Positions 27,941 through 41,819 of a DNA stretch of 64,000 bases are shown one piece after another; within the stretch, counting starts at the first letter, position 1, and the number at the start of each line of letters is the position of its first letter. The position numbers and the translations under genes were made by a program. The stretch is from Eledone cirrhosa. Taxonomy: Eukaryota. The stretch is taken from positions 243,226,001 through 243,290,000 of the forward strand of contig OZ024742.1 of NCBI GenBank assembly GCA_964016885.1, given 5' to 3'. The notes under the pieces are model-generated. The model did not search any database and was not told the DNA's origin. It was given only the letters and a program-made list of their open reading frames with translations.

Positions 27941-28312
27941 ATGGCTTCTATTATAGAAGTGTGTATGTAGAAGTGTTTGTGGTGGGAGCAGTGAATGAGT
28001 GTGATAAAAAAAAACGATTTGCAATGAAATGAAGGGTGTTGAAAATAATATTATTATAAAGATAGAAGAAGAAGAAGAAGAAGAAGAAGAAGAAGAAGAA
28101 GAAGAAGAAGAAGAAGAAGAAGAAACAGTTAACTGTTACGTAAAATACTGAGTTTTGACTTCATTACTCAAGCTTTTAACAAAGCAGAAATAATTGGTGT
28201 TTCATAAATCTCTGGAGAATAGCAATGAGTCAGTTCTCAGTTGCAACATATCTCACATATGAACCACTTTAAAAGTACATATAAAACCAGTGACATCGAT
28301 TGTTGCTGTTCA

Positions 28313-28728
28313 TTGGATTGGCAGTATCGGTAGAGGGTCGGGCGCCATTTTTTGAAGCATAGAGTTACCTCCCTTTGTGATCTGAGCTCAAATCCCGCCG
28401 AGGTTAACTTTGCCTTTCATCCTTACGGGGTCGATAAAATAAAGTACCAGTAATGCACTGGGATAATTGCTGGCCTTGTGCCAAAAGTAGAAACAATTAT
28501 TTTATTTTATTTTTCATTATAAGCTGTAAGAAATCCTTATTAGTGGATTGGCAGTATCGGTAGAGGGTGGAACGCCATGCTTTGCAGCCAACAGTTACGG
28601 CCCTTTATGGTCTGAGTTCTAATCCCGCCGCTGGTAGTTTTGCTTTCATCCTTACGGGGTCGATAAAGTAAAGTACCAGTAATACACTGGGATAATTGCT
28701 GGCCTTGTGCCAAAAGTAGCAACAATTA
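28313..28728 (+). mobile_element. Two tandem tRNA-derived SINEs (28313-28500, 28543-28728)
   Basis: Two complete family copies. Confidence 0.9.
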
Positions 28729-28818
28729 ATTAAGTCTATCTTACAAAGAAAAACTTTTTTTTTCTTTGTAGTAAAAAAAACAGTATTCGATTAAAGCGGC
28801 CTGAGTATATTATATTAG

Positions 28819-30298
28819 AAGGTAGATTGGCATAATCGGTAGAGCGTCTACATACAAGGTAGATTGGCATAATCGGTAGAGCGTCTACATACAAGGTAGA
28901 TTGGCATAATCGGTAGAGCGTCTACATACAAGGTAGATTGGCATAATCGGTAGAGCGCCTACATACAAGGTAGATTGGCATAATCGGTAGAGCATCTACA
29001 TACAAGGTAGATTGGCATAATCGGTAGAGCGTCTACATACAAGGTAGATTGGCATAATCGGTAGAGCGCCTACATACAAGGTAGATTGGCATAATCGGTA
29101 GAGCGTCTACATACAAGGTAGATTGGCATAATCGGTAGAGCGCCTACATACAAGGTAGATTGGCATAATCGGTAGAGCGTCTACATACAAGGTAGATTAG
29201 CATAATTGGTAGAGCGTTTACATACAAGGTAGATTGGCATAATCGGTAGAACGTCTACATACAAGGTAGATTGGCATAATCGGTAGAACGTCTACATACA
29301 AGGTAGATTGGCATAATCGGTAGAACGTCTACATACAAGGTAGATTGGCATAATCGGTAGAGCGCCTACATACAAGGTAGATTGGCATAATCGGTAGAGC
29401 GTCTACATACAAGGTAGATTAGCATAATTGGTAGAGCGTTTACATACAAGGTAGATTGGCATAATCGGTAGAGCGTCTACATACAAGGTAGATTGGCATA
29501 ATCGGTAGAGCGTCTACATACAAGGTAGATTGGCATAATCGGTAGAGCGTCTACATACAAGGTAGATTGGCATAATCGGTAGAGCGTCTACATACAAGGT
29601 AGATTGGCATAATCGGTAGAGCGTCTACATACAAGGTAGATTGGCATAATCGGTAGAGCATCTACATACAAGGTAGATTGGCATAATCGGTGAAGCGTCT
29701 ACATACAAGGTAGATTGGCATAATCGGTAGAGCGTCTACATACAAGGTAGATTGGCATAATCGGTAGAGTGTCTACATACAAGGTAGATTGGCATAATCG
29801 GTAGAGCGTCTATATACAAGGTAGATTGGCATAATCGGTAGAGCGTCTATATACAAGGTAGATTGGCATAATCGGTAGAGCGTCTACATACAAGGTAGAT
29901 TGGCATAATCGGTAGAGCGTCTACATACAAGGTAGATTGGCATAATCGGTAGAGCGTCTATATACAAGGTAGATTGGCATAATCGGTAGAGCGTCTATAT
30001 ACAAGGTAGATTGGCATAATCGGTAGAGCGTCTACATACAAGGTAGATTGGCATAATCGGTAGAGCGTCTACATACAAGGTAGATTGGCATAATCGGTAG
30101 AGCGTCTATATACAAGGTAGATTGGCATAATCGGTAGAGTGTCTATATACAAGGTAGATTGGCATAATCGGTAGAGCGTCTACATACAAGGTAGATTGGC
30201 ATAATCGGTAGAGCGTCTACATACAAGGTAGATTGGCATAATCGGTAGAGCGTCTATATACAAGGTAGATTGGCATAATTGGTAGAGCGTCTACCTAC
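28819..30298 (+). repeat. 37-bp minisatellite x40 derived from a SINE 5' head
   Basis: Unit aaggtagattggcataatcggtagagcgtctacatac; first unit at 28819, last at 30262; runs directly into a SINE body (30299-30470). Confidence 0.95.
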
Positions 30299-30706
30299 AT
30301 GCTTAGACGCATACAGTTACGGCCCTTTATGTTCTGAGTACAAATCCTGTTAACTTTGCCTTTCATTCTTACGGAGTCGATAAAATAAAGTACCTGTAAT
30401 GCACTGGGTTGATTTAATCGACTTTTCCCACCCCCAAAATTGCTGGCCTTGTGCCTAAATAAGAAATCATTATAAGCTGTAAGAAATTCTTATTAATTAC
30501 GTCGATCTTAGAGAGCCGTTGATTGGCTTTGTAGCATAGAGTTACGGCCCTTTATGATCTGAGTTCAAATCCTGCCGAGGTTAACTTTGCCTTTCATCCT
30601 TACGAGGTCGATAAAATAAAGTACCAGTCACGCACTGGATTCGATTTAATCGACTTTCACCTCCCCTAAAATTGTTGGCCCTTGTCCCTAAATAAGAAAC
30701 CATTAT
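30299..30706 (+). mobile_element. SINE body plus a following 5'-truncated SINE
   Basis: Family core and tail seen twice. Confidence 0.85.
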
Positions 30707-30737
30707 ATTAGATGGTAGATTAGCTGAATCGTTAGAG

Positions 30738-31016
30738 CAGTCATGGGCAACCTGCGGCCCACGAAGCTTTCTGAATGACTTGCCTATGGCACCGAAGTGA
30801 AATCTTTCTGATTTTTTTACTCCAAATTTTCAGTCGTAATTTATCTTTCTGTCATTTTTACGATCGAGGAAAACAACGTGTACGAATTCTGAAGAAACAA
30901 ATAAAAACAACCTGAGTTATCACCCTTTTTTTAATGTGGGCACGAATGTAAATTAGCGCTGTGCGGCTCGCCTGATAATGAACCATCCGCTTCTCGAAAA
31001 AGGTTGCCCATGCCCG
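30738..31016. mobile_element. hAT-superfamily MITE inserted in a SINE head
   Basis: TIRs cagtcatgggcaacct / aggttgcccatgcccg; 8-bp TSD cgttagag at 30730-30737 and 31017-31024. Confidence 0.9.
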
Positions 31017-31527
31017 CGTTAGAGCTTTGGGGGAAATGCTTTACGGTATTTAGATACGTTACAACACCGTTTGCGTTCTGAACACAAATAAAGTACCAGT
31101 CAAGCACTAGTATCGATATAAGCACTTGTACGCCTTGTGCATACATTAGAAATCGATATTTTGTTGGACAAAACGCCTTATGGTATTTAGTTACATTCCT
31201 TAACGTTCAGAATTGAAATGTCATGCTTATCAAATTGTAGCTGGGAATTCTGGTTTTATGCAAAGTATTTCTCCACTAAGTTTACTAAATCCTTCTGTCC
31301 ACTACTAGATAGATCCATAGATGATACGTCCGTATATAAAACAACCACTTCTGCTGTTTTCTCTCCATAACTGACAACAAAATTCCCGCCAAACATTCCT
31401 TCACTATTCCACTGGAAACAACGTGGAACTGAAGGTGACTGTATATAGGCTCATTCTAAATATCAACAAATCAAATAAATATTTTCCAAATGTCTGTTAG
31501 AAATGAAGGGGCCTCGTACGTACACTA

Positions 31528-32893
31528 TAACTGGAAGATGAGACCAAATTTTCAAGTCTGGGATAACTGGAAGGTGAGACTAAATTTTCACGTCTGGGAT
31601 AACTGGAAGGTGAGACTAAATTTTCCCGTCTGGGATAACTGGAAGGTGAGACTAAATTTTCCCGTCTGGGATAACTGGAAGGTGAGACTAAATTTTCCCG
31701 TCTGGGATAACTGGAAGGTGAGACTAAATTTTCACGGCTTGGATAACTGGAAGGTGAGACTAAATTTTCACGTCTGGGATAACTGGAAGGTGAGACTAAA
31801 TTTTCACGTCTGGGATAACTGGAAGGTGAGACTAAATTTTCACGTCTGGGATAACTGGAAGGTGAGACTAAATTTTCACGTCTGGGATAACTGGAAGGTG
31901 AGACTAAATTTTCACGTCTGGGATAACTGGAAGGTGAGACTAAATTTTCACGTCTGGGATAACTGGAAGGTGAGACTAAATTTTCCCGTCTGGGATAACT
32001 GGAAGGTGAGACTAAATTTTCCCGTCTGGGATAACTGGAAGGTGAGACTAAATTTTCACGTCTGGGATAACTGGAAGGTGAGACTAAATTTTCACGTCTG
32101 GGATAACTGGAAGGTGAGACTAAATTTTCCCGTCTGGGATAACTGGAAGGTGAGACTAAATTTTCACGGCTTGGATAACTGGAAGGTGAGACTAAATTTT
32201 CACGTCTGGGATAACTGGAAGGTGAGACTAAATTTTCACGTCTGGGATAACTGGAAGGTGAGACTAAATTTTCACGTCTGGGATAACTGGAAGGTGAGAC
32301 TAAATTTTCACGTCTGGGATAACTGGAAGGTGAGACTAAATTTTCACGTCTGGGATAACTGGAAGGTGAGACTAAATTTTCACGTCTGGGATAACTGGAA
32401 GGTGAGACTAAATTTTCCCGTCTGGGATAACTGGAAGGTGAGACTAAATTTTCCCGTCTGGGATAACTGGAAGGTGAGACTAAATTTTCACGTCTGGGAT
32501 AACTGGAAGGTGAGACTAAATTTTCACGTCTGGGATAACTGGAAGGTGAGACTAAATTTTCCCGTCTGGGATAACTGGAAGGTGAGACTAAATTTTCCCG
32601 TCTGGGATAACTGGAAGGTGAGACTAAATTTTCACGTCTGGGATAACTGGAAGGTGAGACTAAATTTTCACGTCTGGGATAACTGGAAGGTGAGACTAAA
32701 TTTTCCCGTCTGGGATAACTGGAAGGTGAGACTAAATTTTCCCGTCTGGGATAACTGGAAGGTGAGACTAAATTTTCACGTCTGGGATAACTGGAAGGTG
32801 AGACTAAATTTTCACGTCTGGGATAACTGGAAGGTGAGACTAAATTTTCACGTCTGGGATAACTGGAAGGTGAGACTAAATTTTCACGTCTGG
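31528..32893. repeat. 36-bp minisatellite, about 38 copies
   Basis: Unit ggataactggaaggtgagactaaattttc(a/c)cgtctg. Confidence 0.97.
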
Positions 32894-33155
32894 AAGTCAT
32901 TTGATCATAGAACTGGTCAGCCATGAATGATCTAGAACAAGACACTTTATTTCACATTGGTCTAGTCCACTCAGCTGGAAAAAATGAGTTGTGCCTATAT
33001 ATGAAAGGGCCAGCCCTGTCACACACATTATCACGCTAAATATCCCAGAGAATTATGTTATCTGATAATATACAAGTCAGGCCGATCAGTCACTGTATAT
33101 TCCAGAAAATATCATATATATTTACTAGCTCTGACAGTTGGCAGGTAAACAGTGT

Positions 33156-33202
33156 ACGGTACTGAAGAAGGGTAATTACCCAGAAACATTAGTGTCTGCT
33201 GT
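33156..33202 (+). ncRNA. Type I hammerhead ribozyme motif (GUC site)
   Basis: acggta-CTGAAGA-agggta at taccca-GAAA-cattagtg-TC-tgctgt; family copy at 36475-36524. Confidence 0.8.
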
Positions 33203-33372
33203 TCTGTTTATATGCCAACACAAGAGCAAGAATGGCGAGGTTGTTCTACTCACATGGCTTAAGAGGCTGTTTGCATAATTGCACACGGATCGAATATTAT
33301 TATTAATATTCAGAAAACTCACATTTACATTTCTTGTATTCAGACATGTAGAGCGATAAAACAATTTGTTAG

Positions 33373-33412
<40 letters not shown>

Positions 33413-33651
33413 TCATTCATGGAGCAAAACTCGTAACTGATGGACACCCTTATATGTATGTCTATGTATATGTATATATGTATATATATATTTTGCTCTA
33501 TATTCCCTTTCGGTCGAGTAAAAAATTAGGCTGAAATGGACTGCTTTTTCTAGTAATCCTGTTACTCGTCAATCGCCCATCTTTTGCTACCTTTCTAACT
33601 GACCACCTACCACGTGATCATTTTCCCCTTCGATATTTTGTCTTGTATTGG

Positions 33652-33714
33652 GAATGTTTCCTGATGAGCTATGATATCTCACAGCGAAGGATATCCTAAA
33701 TTATTGGAATATTC
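33652..33714 (+). ncRNA. Degenerate hammerhead motif
   Basis: gaatgtttc-CTGATGA-gctatga tatc tcacagc-GAAG...ggaatattc; GAAA and stem III are mutated. Confidence 0.4.
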
Positions 33715-34381
33715 AAGCTGCTTCTTACACAGTGAAACTGGGGAAATACGGACACTCACTCAGTATCTGTTCTGCAGTGTAACCTGGCGAGCCACATAGG
33801 TCAGCTGGAAATGGCTGCAGCCAGCAATGGTGCATGACTGCATTAAATCAGCCGACACCTGTGCGCAGCGAATTCAGAGACACCCACTTCCCCTGGAAGA
33901 TGTTAGCGTGGAAGGACTGTATAGGGGTAGAAATTCAATTGGGCCGGTCGAGATGTGGTGAACTAGCGCATGTTCAAATCTGAGTTTCGCAGGAAACGAT
34001 CACTGTATATACAGTCTCACACACACTTACGTCTCTGTGTGTGTACGTAAGTATAAATTCATGTATACGCATAAAGTTTTTGCGGTGAGTGTGTCCTTGT
34101 GAGTGTGTATGTGTGTGTTTGTTCATGCGCGTATGTGCGTTTAGATCTGTGTATGAATTCATATAAACGCTTTACCTATTTCTATGCGAATCTAAATTTG
34201 TGTAATGGCGGCAAATTGGGAGAGTCGTAAGAACGTCGGATAGAATGGTTTGCTTTATTCATTCCAGCTCTCTTCCCTCCGAGTTCAAATCCTACAGAGG
34301 TCAACTTAGCTTTTCATCCTTTCGACCTCAATAAAAATAACTAGTTCATTACTTAGGTCGATTCTACCTCTCTCTCTCACA

Positions 34382-34427
<46 letters not shown>

Positions 34428-34429
34428 TT

Positions 34430-34489
<60 letters not shown>

Positions 34490-34635
34490 CCCTGGAAGAA
34501 ATGATCTCTGTCCAGTCCTAGAGAGGGATATGTAGGATGTCACTGCGGCGCCCCTGTGACACCATCAGGAGGTCCAGGTCCATAAACACATGTTTATATA
34601 CACATGTTTATATAAATTCATGCATATGCATTAAA

Positions 34636-34925
34636 AAGTCTAAAGTCTAAAGTCTGTCTTAAGGCAGAAGGCTCATTTGGCCAGTGCTTATCCTGGTTTC
34701 ATGGCGTGAAGCGACTGAGAGTACAAGACTCCCCCTGGACAGGACGCCAGTCCATCGCAGGGTTAAACCTCCAGCTATTGTTGGTACTCATTTTCAGCTG
34801 AGTATACTGGAGCAACGTGAAATGAAGTGTTTTGCTCAAGAACACAACACGCAACCCAGGAATCGAACCAACGACATTATGGTCGTAAGTCCAACACCCT
34901 TACCACTAGGCCACGTGCCTCCACT
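34636..34925 (-). mobile_element. tRNA-derived SINE of a second family (V-domain-like)
   Basis: Minus strand: gtggcctagtggtaag A-box, ggttcgattcc B-box, cctgcgatggactggcgtcctgtccagggg, (tttagac)n tail. Confidence 0.8.
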
Positions 34926-35024
34926 GTATGCATCATATAATTGCATATCTTTATTTGTGGCAGTATGTGCATCTGCGAGCATGAAAGATGTGTATAAATC
35001 TGTCTTTGTGCTTGCGTTAGTATA

Positions 35025-35790
35025 TGTGTGTGTGCATGTGTGTGTGTGTTTGTACGAGTGTGTGCGTATGTGTGGGTGTGTGTATTTGTACGTGTGTGTG
35101 CGTATGTGTGAGTGTGTGTATGTCTGCGTGTGTATGTTTGTGTCTGTATGTGTATGTCCGTGTGTGTGTGTGTGTGTGTGTGTCTGTGTGTTTCTATGTG
35201 AGAGTGTAACTATGTGTATGTGTCTGTGTATGTGTGTCTCAGGGTGGGCTGCTGTGTGTGTGTGTGTGCGCGCACATGTGAGAATGCATGTGATGTGCAT
35301 GTTTGTGTATGTATGTGTATGTATGTGTGTGTTTGTGTGTGTGAGTGTATGTGTGTGTATGTATGTGTGTATGTGTGGATGTATATGTGTATGTGTATGC
35401 GTGTGTATGTGTATGTATGTGTGTGTGAGTGGGTGTGTATGTGTGTGTGTATGTGTGATGTATGTGCGTGTATGCGTCTGTATCTCTGTGTGCGTATGTA
35501 TGTGTATGCGTGTGTGTGGGCGTATGTATGTATGTCTGTATGTGTGTGTGAGTGTATGCATGTGTCTATGTATATGTGTGTATGTGTGATGTATGTGTGT
35601 ATGTGCGTGTATGCGTGTGTATGTATGTGTGTGTGTGAATGTATGTATGTATGTATGTATGTGTGTGTATGCGTGTGTGTGTATATGTATGTATGTATGT
35701 GCGTATGTGTGTATGTGTGTGTGTGAGTGTATACGTGTGCGTATGTATATGTGTGTATGTGTGAGAGTGCGTGTGTATGTATGTATGTGT
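35025..35790. repeat. Degenerate (TG)n/(TATG)n tract
   Basis: Direct inspection. Confidence 0.95.
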
Positions 35791-36016
35791 GTAAATACTT
35801 CAGCGTAAACAAGAGAGGGATAAGAGAGTACTCAGCCTAGAATGTTATCTACTTTATGTTTTATTAGAAACTGATATTTCACTCATCCTTATAAGTTTCT
35901 TGGTTCCAATCTTCGGACAATAAACTTTATTGTCGGAGACTATTTTCCTATCAATGTATATGTGTATGTATGTCTTCATCAATTGCCTATACGTATACAT
36001 ATAAATATATGAATAT

Positions 36017-36048
<32 letters not shown>

Positions 36049-36199
36049 AAATATATATATATATATATGGAAAGTTATATTTAAATTGTTGGGTTAACAA
36101 CGAGTAAATATTTATAACTGATATAAAAGCACTCAATAAGTATTTGGAGTATATTTATGATATTAAATAAATGGAAACTATATTTATAAAACCATATTT

Positions 36200-36263
36200 A
36201 TTTCGTTATATATATTTCAGGGATATCATATTAACAATATGTTATGCCTTCTTCAGACAAAAT
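36200..36263 (-). ncRNA. Type I hammerhead ribozyme motif
   Basis: Minus strand: attttgt-CTGAAGA-aggcata...tatccct-GAAA-tatata-TA-acgaaat. Confidence 0.75.
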
Positions 36264-36474
36264 ACAATATAAACAGTCTTATAAATAAATAGATACGACA
36301 TACCTTTCAATCACCTTGCATTTGGGAAATTGCCAAATCAACCTCCCAAAGTTAACGGCAAAGTTAACCTCGGCGGGATTCGATTCGTTTGCAATTATAT
36401 AAACACGCCTCAATGTTATAACCATGTCAGTAGAATCAATACTTCATTCTTGCTCTTATATTGGCATGCGAACA

Positions 36475-36524
36475 GAACTGCAAACACTAATGTTTCTGGG
36501 TATCACCCTTCATCAGTACAGCTC
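36475..36524 (-). ncRNA. Type I hammerhead ribozyme motif
   Basis: Minus strand: gagctgta-CTGATGA-agggt gat accca-GAAA-cattagtg-TT-tgcagttc. Confidence 0.78.
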
Positions 36525-36840
36525 ACTGTTCATCTGTCAAACTGTCAGAGCTAGTGAAAATATATGCTATTTTCAAAAATACACAGTGACTGATCGGCCT
36601 GATTTGCATATTAGCAGATCCACTGATCAGCCAGATTTGCATATCAGCAGACTGGCCAGTCAGTTTCCTGTATACGAGCGATAAATGGCCTGCTTTGCCA
36701 AATTCAAATAAAACTGAGGCTTGTTTGCATAATTGCAAACGAATCGAATGTTATTATTAATATTCGAAAAACTCAAAATCAAATAAAAAAAAGAAAATTT
36801 CGCTCTACATGGCTGAATACAATAAATGTAATCTGAGTAG

Positions 36841-37417
36841 TACTCTTAGTACGGCTGTTACTTAAATATAAGTATGTACACGTATATACATATATGTATA
36901 CAGACGTACAGTAGTATGTATATATATATACATACATGCACATATATATATATGTACGTATGGATTCACCAAACATTTATTATAATGCTCGGTGTGTTTG
37001 TAAACAAACATCCCGTATTTAGCCGTAGTGTCTAGCAACCATCGTTGCTCGTTTGTTCAACACTGACAAAGGAACGCTGTACTAGTTTCAAGCTTATTAG
37101 CTATCGTCAGCAACGTATACCTTCCTGCCAGATGATTGAACGTCTGAAAGTATATACTTACCTTATGCATATTAACGGCTGAGCAGCCTAATTTGCATAT
37201 CGAGTGAGTTAGTCGGCCGGGCGCGCCGAAAACGATAAACGGAAAAAATGAAACGAAATTTCATTCCCCACTCTTAGTACGGCTGATACTTAAATATAAG
37301 TATGTATACGTACATACATATATGTATACAGACGTACAGTAGTATGTATATATATATACATACATGCACACATATATATTTATGTACGTATGGATTCACC
37401 GAACATAATGCTCGGTG
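36841..37417 (-). mobile_element. HHR-containing repeat, about 1.3 tandem 430-bp monomers (family also at 60020-60977)
   Basis: actcttagtacggctg.tacttaaatataag at about 36842 and 37270. Confidence 0.85.
37074..37116 (-). ncRNA. Minimal type I hammerhead ribozyme motif
   Basis: Minus strand: acgttg-CTGACGA-tagct aata agctt-GAAA-ctag-TA-cagcgt. Confidence 0.82.
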
Positions 37418-37464
37418 TATATTATGAAATACTGTTGGCTTCATGCTCACAATAATTTCTATAC

Positions 37465-37538
<74 letters not shown>

Positions 37539-37814
37539 AATAAAATTAAGTGTGTGTGTGCGTGCGTGTGTGCGTATATGCTTGTGTGTGTGTGTATGTG
37601 ATAAGTTCTAAATTAGTTCATTGTTTTACGATCGTTTCAGAGGTTTTATTGATCATGATAAATCGATATATTGACTAATAGAGATTTGGTTATGCCTCCA
37701 CCCATTACTAGTCTCGATATCCTAGATCCATCACCTCGTCTTCCTCAGAAACAAATTCTGCATGGAGTTCTAACAACGTTATTGGCACTACCATAATCAT
37801 ATGGATACTAGTAT

Positions 37815-37921
<107 letters not shown>

Positions 37922-38139
37922 AGCAAAGAGATATTTAATTTGTTGGTTATTCAACAAATTTATTTATAGCAGATTCGAAGCACTCTACAAGTTCTTCTGG
38001 GGTATAATATCAATGATATTAATAAATGAAAACTATTTTTATAAAACCATATTTATTTTATCATATCTATCCAAACTGAACTTAAAACGATAAGTTCTTA
38101 TTTTTTGGATATGTCAATACTTATAAAACAACTTTTGTA

Positions 38140-38196
38140 TTTTATCTGATGAGAGCGTACCAAAATGTTGGTACGCTTGAAATATATATAATAAAA
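38140..38196 (+). ncRNA. Type I hammerhead ribozyme motif
   Basis: ttttat-CTGATGA-gagcgtacca aaatgt tggtacgctt-GAAA-tatata-TA-ataaaa; fully paired. Confidence 0.85.
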
Positions 38197-38239
38197 CAAA
38201 TATGGTTTTATAAAGATAGTTTCCATTTATTAATATCAT

Positions 38240-38838
<599 letters not shown>

Positions 38839-38916
38839 TTAACTGCTCGGAAATGCCCCTTTCCTGGAGCTTAATTATTGTAAAGGACTGAGAGCTTATT
38901 CTCAAAATATTATATA

Positions 38917-39015
<99 letters not shown>

Positions 39016-39031
39016 CATATATCTATATATC

Positions 39032-39125
<94 letters not shown>

Positions 39126-39126
39126 C

Positions 39127-39180
<54 letters not shown>

Positions 39181-39217
39181 GTATATGTATATATATTATT
39201 ATTATTATCATATATAA

Positions 39218-39372
39218 GGTGGTGGTTTGGTAGAGTTGCGTCCCTTTATGATCTGAGTTCAAATCCCACCGAGGTTAACTTTGCCTTTCATCCTTACGGG
39301 GTCGATAAAATAAAGTACCAGTAATGCACTGGGATAATTGCTGGCCTTGTGCCAAAAGTAGAAACAATTATA
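39218..39372 (+). mobile_element. tRNA-derived SINE (internally deleted head)
   Basis: Family core and tail. Confidence 0.85.
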
Positions 39373-39762
39373 TATAAATTAATAAAAACAATGAATAAAA
39401 ACAAAGAAACAGTTCCTTATATTAAAAAATTCATCATTTTACGATCGTTCCTAGGATATATATGTGTGTGTTGGTATGTATATCATATAGATCTATGTAA
39501 ACATTTTACAAACTATCAGAGGAAATATACATACCTGCACATATATATACTGTCCTCGGAAATAATTTGTTAATATAAGGAACTGTTTCTTTGTTTTTAT
39601 TCAGTGTTTTTATTCATTGTTTTTATTAATTTATCTTGACTCTGTTTTCCTGTGATTTTCATCGAAAAAATTTTGAATACATCTTCTCTTTTCATGATAT
39701 TTGGATTACATTGAGTTCTTCATACGGATTGGACACTACCGTATATTTTGGTAGATTTATCT

Positions 39763-39841
<79 letters not shown>

Positions 39842-39867
39842 AATAATAATAATATATATACATATAA

Positions 39868-39977
<110 letters not shown>

Positions 39978-40038
39978 TGCCACTATAGGAATTGAAGATT
40001 CAAGACCTTAGGGGTATGTCGTATAGCCAATCTCATAT

Positions 40039-40099
40039 ATTTTATCTGATGAAAACGTACTGAAACACCATTGTACCTTTGAAATATGTATAATAAAAT
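40039..40099 (+). ncRNA. Type I hammerhead ribozyme motif
   Basis: attttat-CTGATGA-aaacgtac...gtaccttt-GAAA-tatgta-TA-ataaaat. Confidence 0.75.
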
Positions 40100-40196
40100 A
40101 TATACTTTGGTTATGATAATATTTCTCATTTATTAATATTTTGAATAATAGTATATATATATATATATAATCATATAAATATACATATATATATAC

Positions 40197-40278
<82 letters not shown>

Positions 40279-40526
40279 GTATAAAATTTAATCGATCATA
40301 TCGACAGTAGTATTTAGTTTTTGCTGTCTAGTAGTTATTTAATCGATCAGTTTTTTACGAACTACTAAGTTATTAGACATGAGATAACACCCAATGTCGA
40401 ATGTAGCGCCCTGTGACTGATCCCTAAATCACACCTTAGCTACGCAGCCTTAACTGCGCCTATATATGTGTAACTCTGTCTGTGTATGTGCGTGTGCTGA
40501 TATAAATGCATATATGTATGTGTGTG

Positions 40527-40595
<69 letters not shown>

Positions 40596-40793
40596 ATATA
40601 TATGTTTGTGTGTGTGTGTGTGTGTATTGTGTTCGTGTGAATACACACATGCACGTGCACACACACATACGTATATATGTATATATATTTATATATATAA
40701 CGAAGGAAGTGTGGTAAGGAACCAGGTGGACCATGACGCACCAGAGTACTCAATACTTTGGGTAGTAGAGTGGGTAATAGGAAAATGTTCAAG

Positions 40794-40887
40794 ACCCCGG
40801 CGGCAGAGCTCAAGCCGTTTCGACGGCTATTTCTGGACTAAATTAGATTTTTAGCGTGGTAGTAAATAGCCGAACTTTTCAAGGGGT
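40794..40887 (-). ncRNA. Hammerhead motif, U3:A8 core variant (cleavage triplet mutated to GCC)
   Basis: Minus strand: acccc-TTGAAAA-gttcggctattt...aaatagccgtc-GAAA-cggcttgagctctgccg-CC-ggggt. Confidence 0.55.
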
Positions 40888-41378
40888 AATTCCTTATATG
40901 GGCGTGCGATAATGATGCATTTCTGAAGATTGTAGTTGTCAAAAGGATTGGTCAAAATTTCTTGTAAACACAATTAAATCTTTCCTGGTGGTGGATGGGG
41001 GGTGGGGTTGGCTGAACTAGCCTGTAGAATAATGAGGGAGTGGGTTAAGCCGGTCAAGCAAATTCTAAGGAGTGTGGAGGGATTAGGCTAGGCTAGAAAT
41101 CAGGCGAAAAAAGAATTCTGGAGGAATCTGTTTAGTTATAAAATTAACAAATTTTAGTTTTTATTATTTTTTATTTTTTTTTTTAATATTATTATTTTTT
41201 TTTTTTTTTTTCATTTTAATTTATTAACTTTTTAATTTGTTAATTTTATAACTTCCCACTCTCAGATTCCTCTAGAATTCTTTTTTCGCCTGCTTTCTAG
41301 CCTAGCCTAATCCCTCCACACTCCTTAGAATTTGCTTGACCGGCTTAACCCATTCCCTCATTATTCTATAGGCAAGTT

Positions 41379-41567
41379 GGATTGGGCGGTGGATTGGCAG
41401 TATCGGTAGAGGGTCGGACGCCATGCTTTCCAGCATAGTTACGTCCCTTTACCATCTGAGTTCAAATCCCGCCGAGGTTGACTTTGCCTTTCATCCTTAC
41501 GGGGTCGATAAAATAAAGTACCAGTAATGCACTGGTAATTGCTGGCCTTGTGCCTAAAGTAGAAACA
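41379..41567 (+). mobile_element. tRNA-derived SINE with 19-bp TSD
   Basis: TSD attattctataggcaagtt at 41360-41378 and 41568-41586. Confidence 0.93.
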
Positions 41568-41713
41568 ATTATTCTATAGGCAAGTTCAGCCAACCCCACC
41601 CCCCACCCACAGCCAGGAAAGATTTAATTGTGTTTACAAGAAATTTTGACCAATCCTTTTGACAACTACAATCTTCAGAAATGCATCATTATCGCACGCC
41701 CATATAAGGAATT

Positions 41714-41807
41714 ACCCCTTGAAAAGTTCGGCTATTTACTACCACGCTAAAAATCTAATTTAGTCCAGAAATAGCCGTCGAAACGGCTTGAGCTCTGCTG
41801 TCGGGGT
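41714..41807 (+). ncRNA. Hammerhead motif, U3:A8 core variant (GUC site)
   Basis: acccc-TTGAAAA-gttcggctattt...aaatagccgtc-GAAA-cggcttgagctctgctg-TC-ggggt. Confidence 0.68.
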
Positions 41808-41819
41808 CTTGAACATTTT

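Noticed and set aside
28819-30298. CRISPR-like regular array
   Set aside because: Units are directly adjacent with no unique spacers, the context is eukaryotic and there are no cas genes; the same applies to 31528-32893.
33880-33985. FPWKM peptide shared with the 26.6-kb exon candidate
   Set aside because: Five-residue match on the opposite strand with no flanking similarity; chance.
39430-39530. GAAA-cgatcg-TA-type 3' half-HHR (also near 37625 and 53910)
   Set aside because: No properly placed CUGANGA or stem I partner was found.
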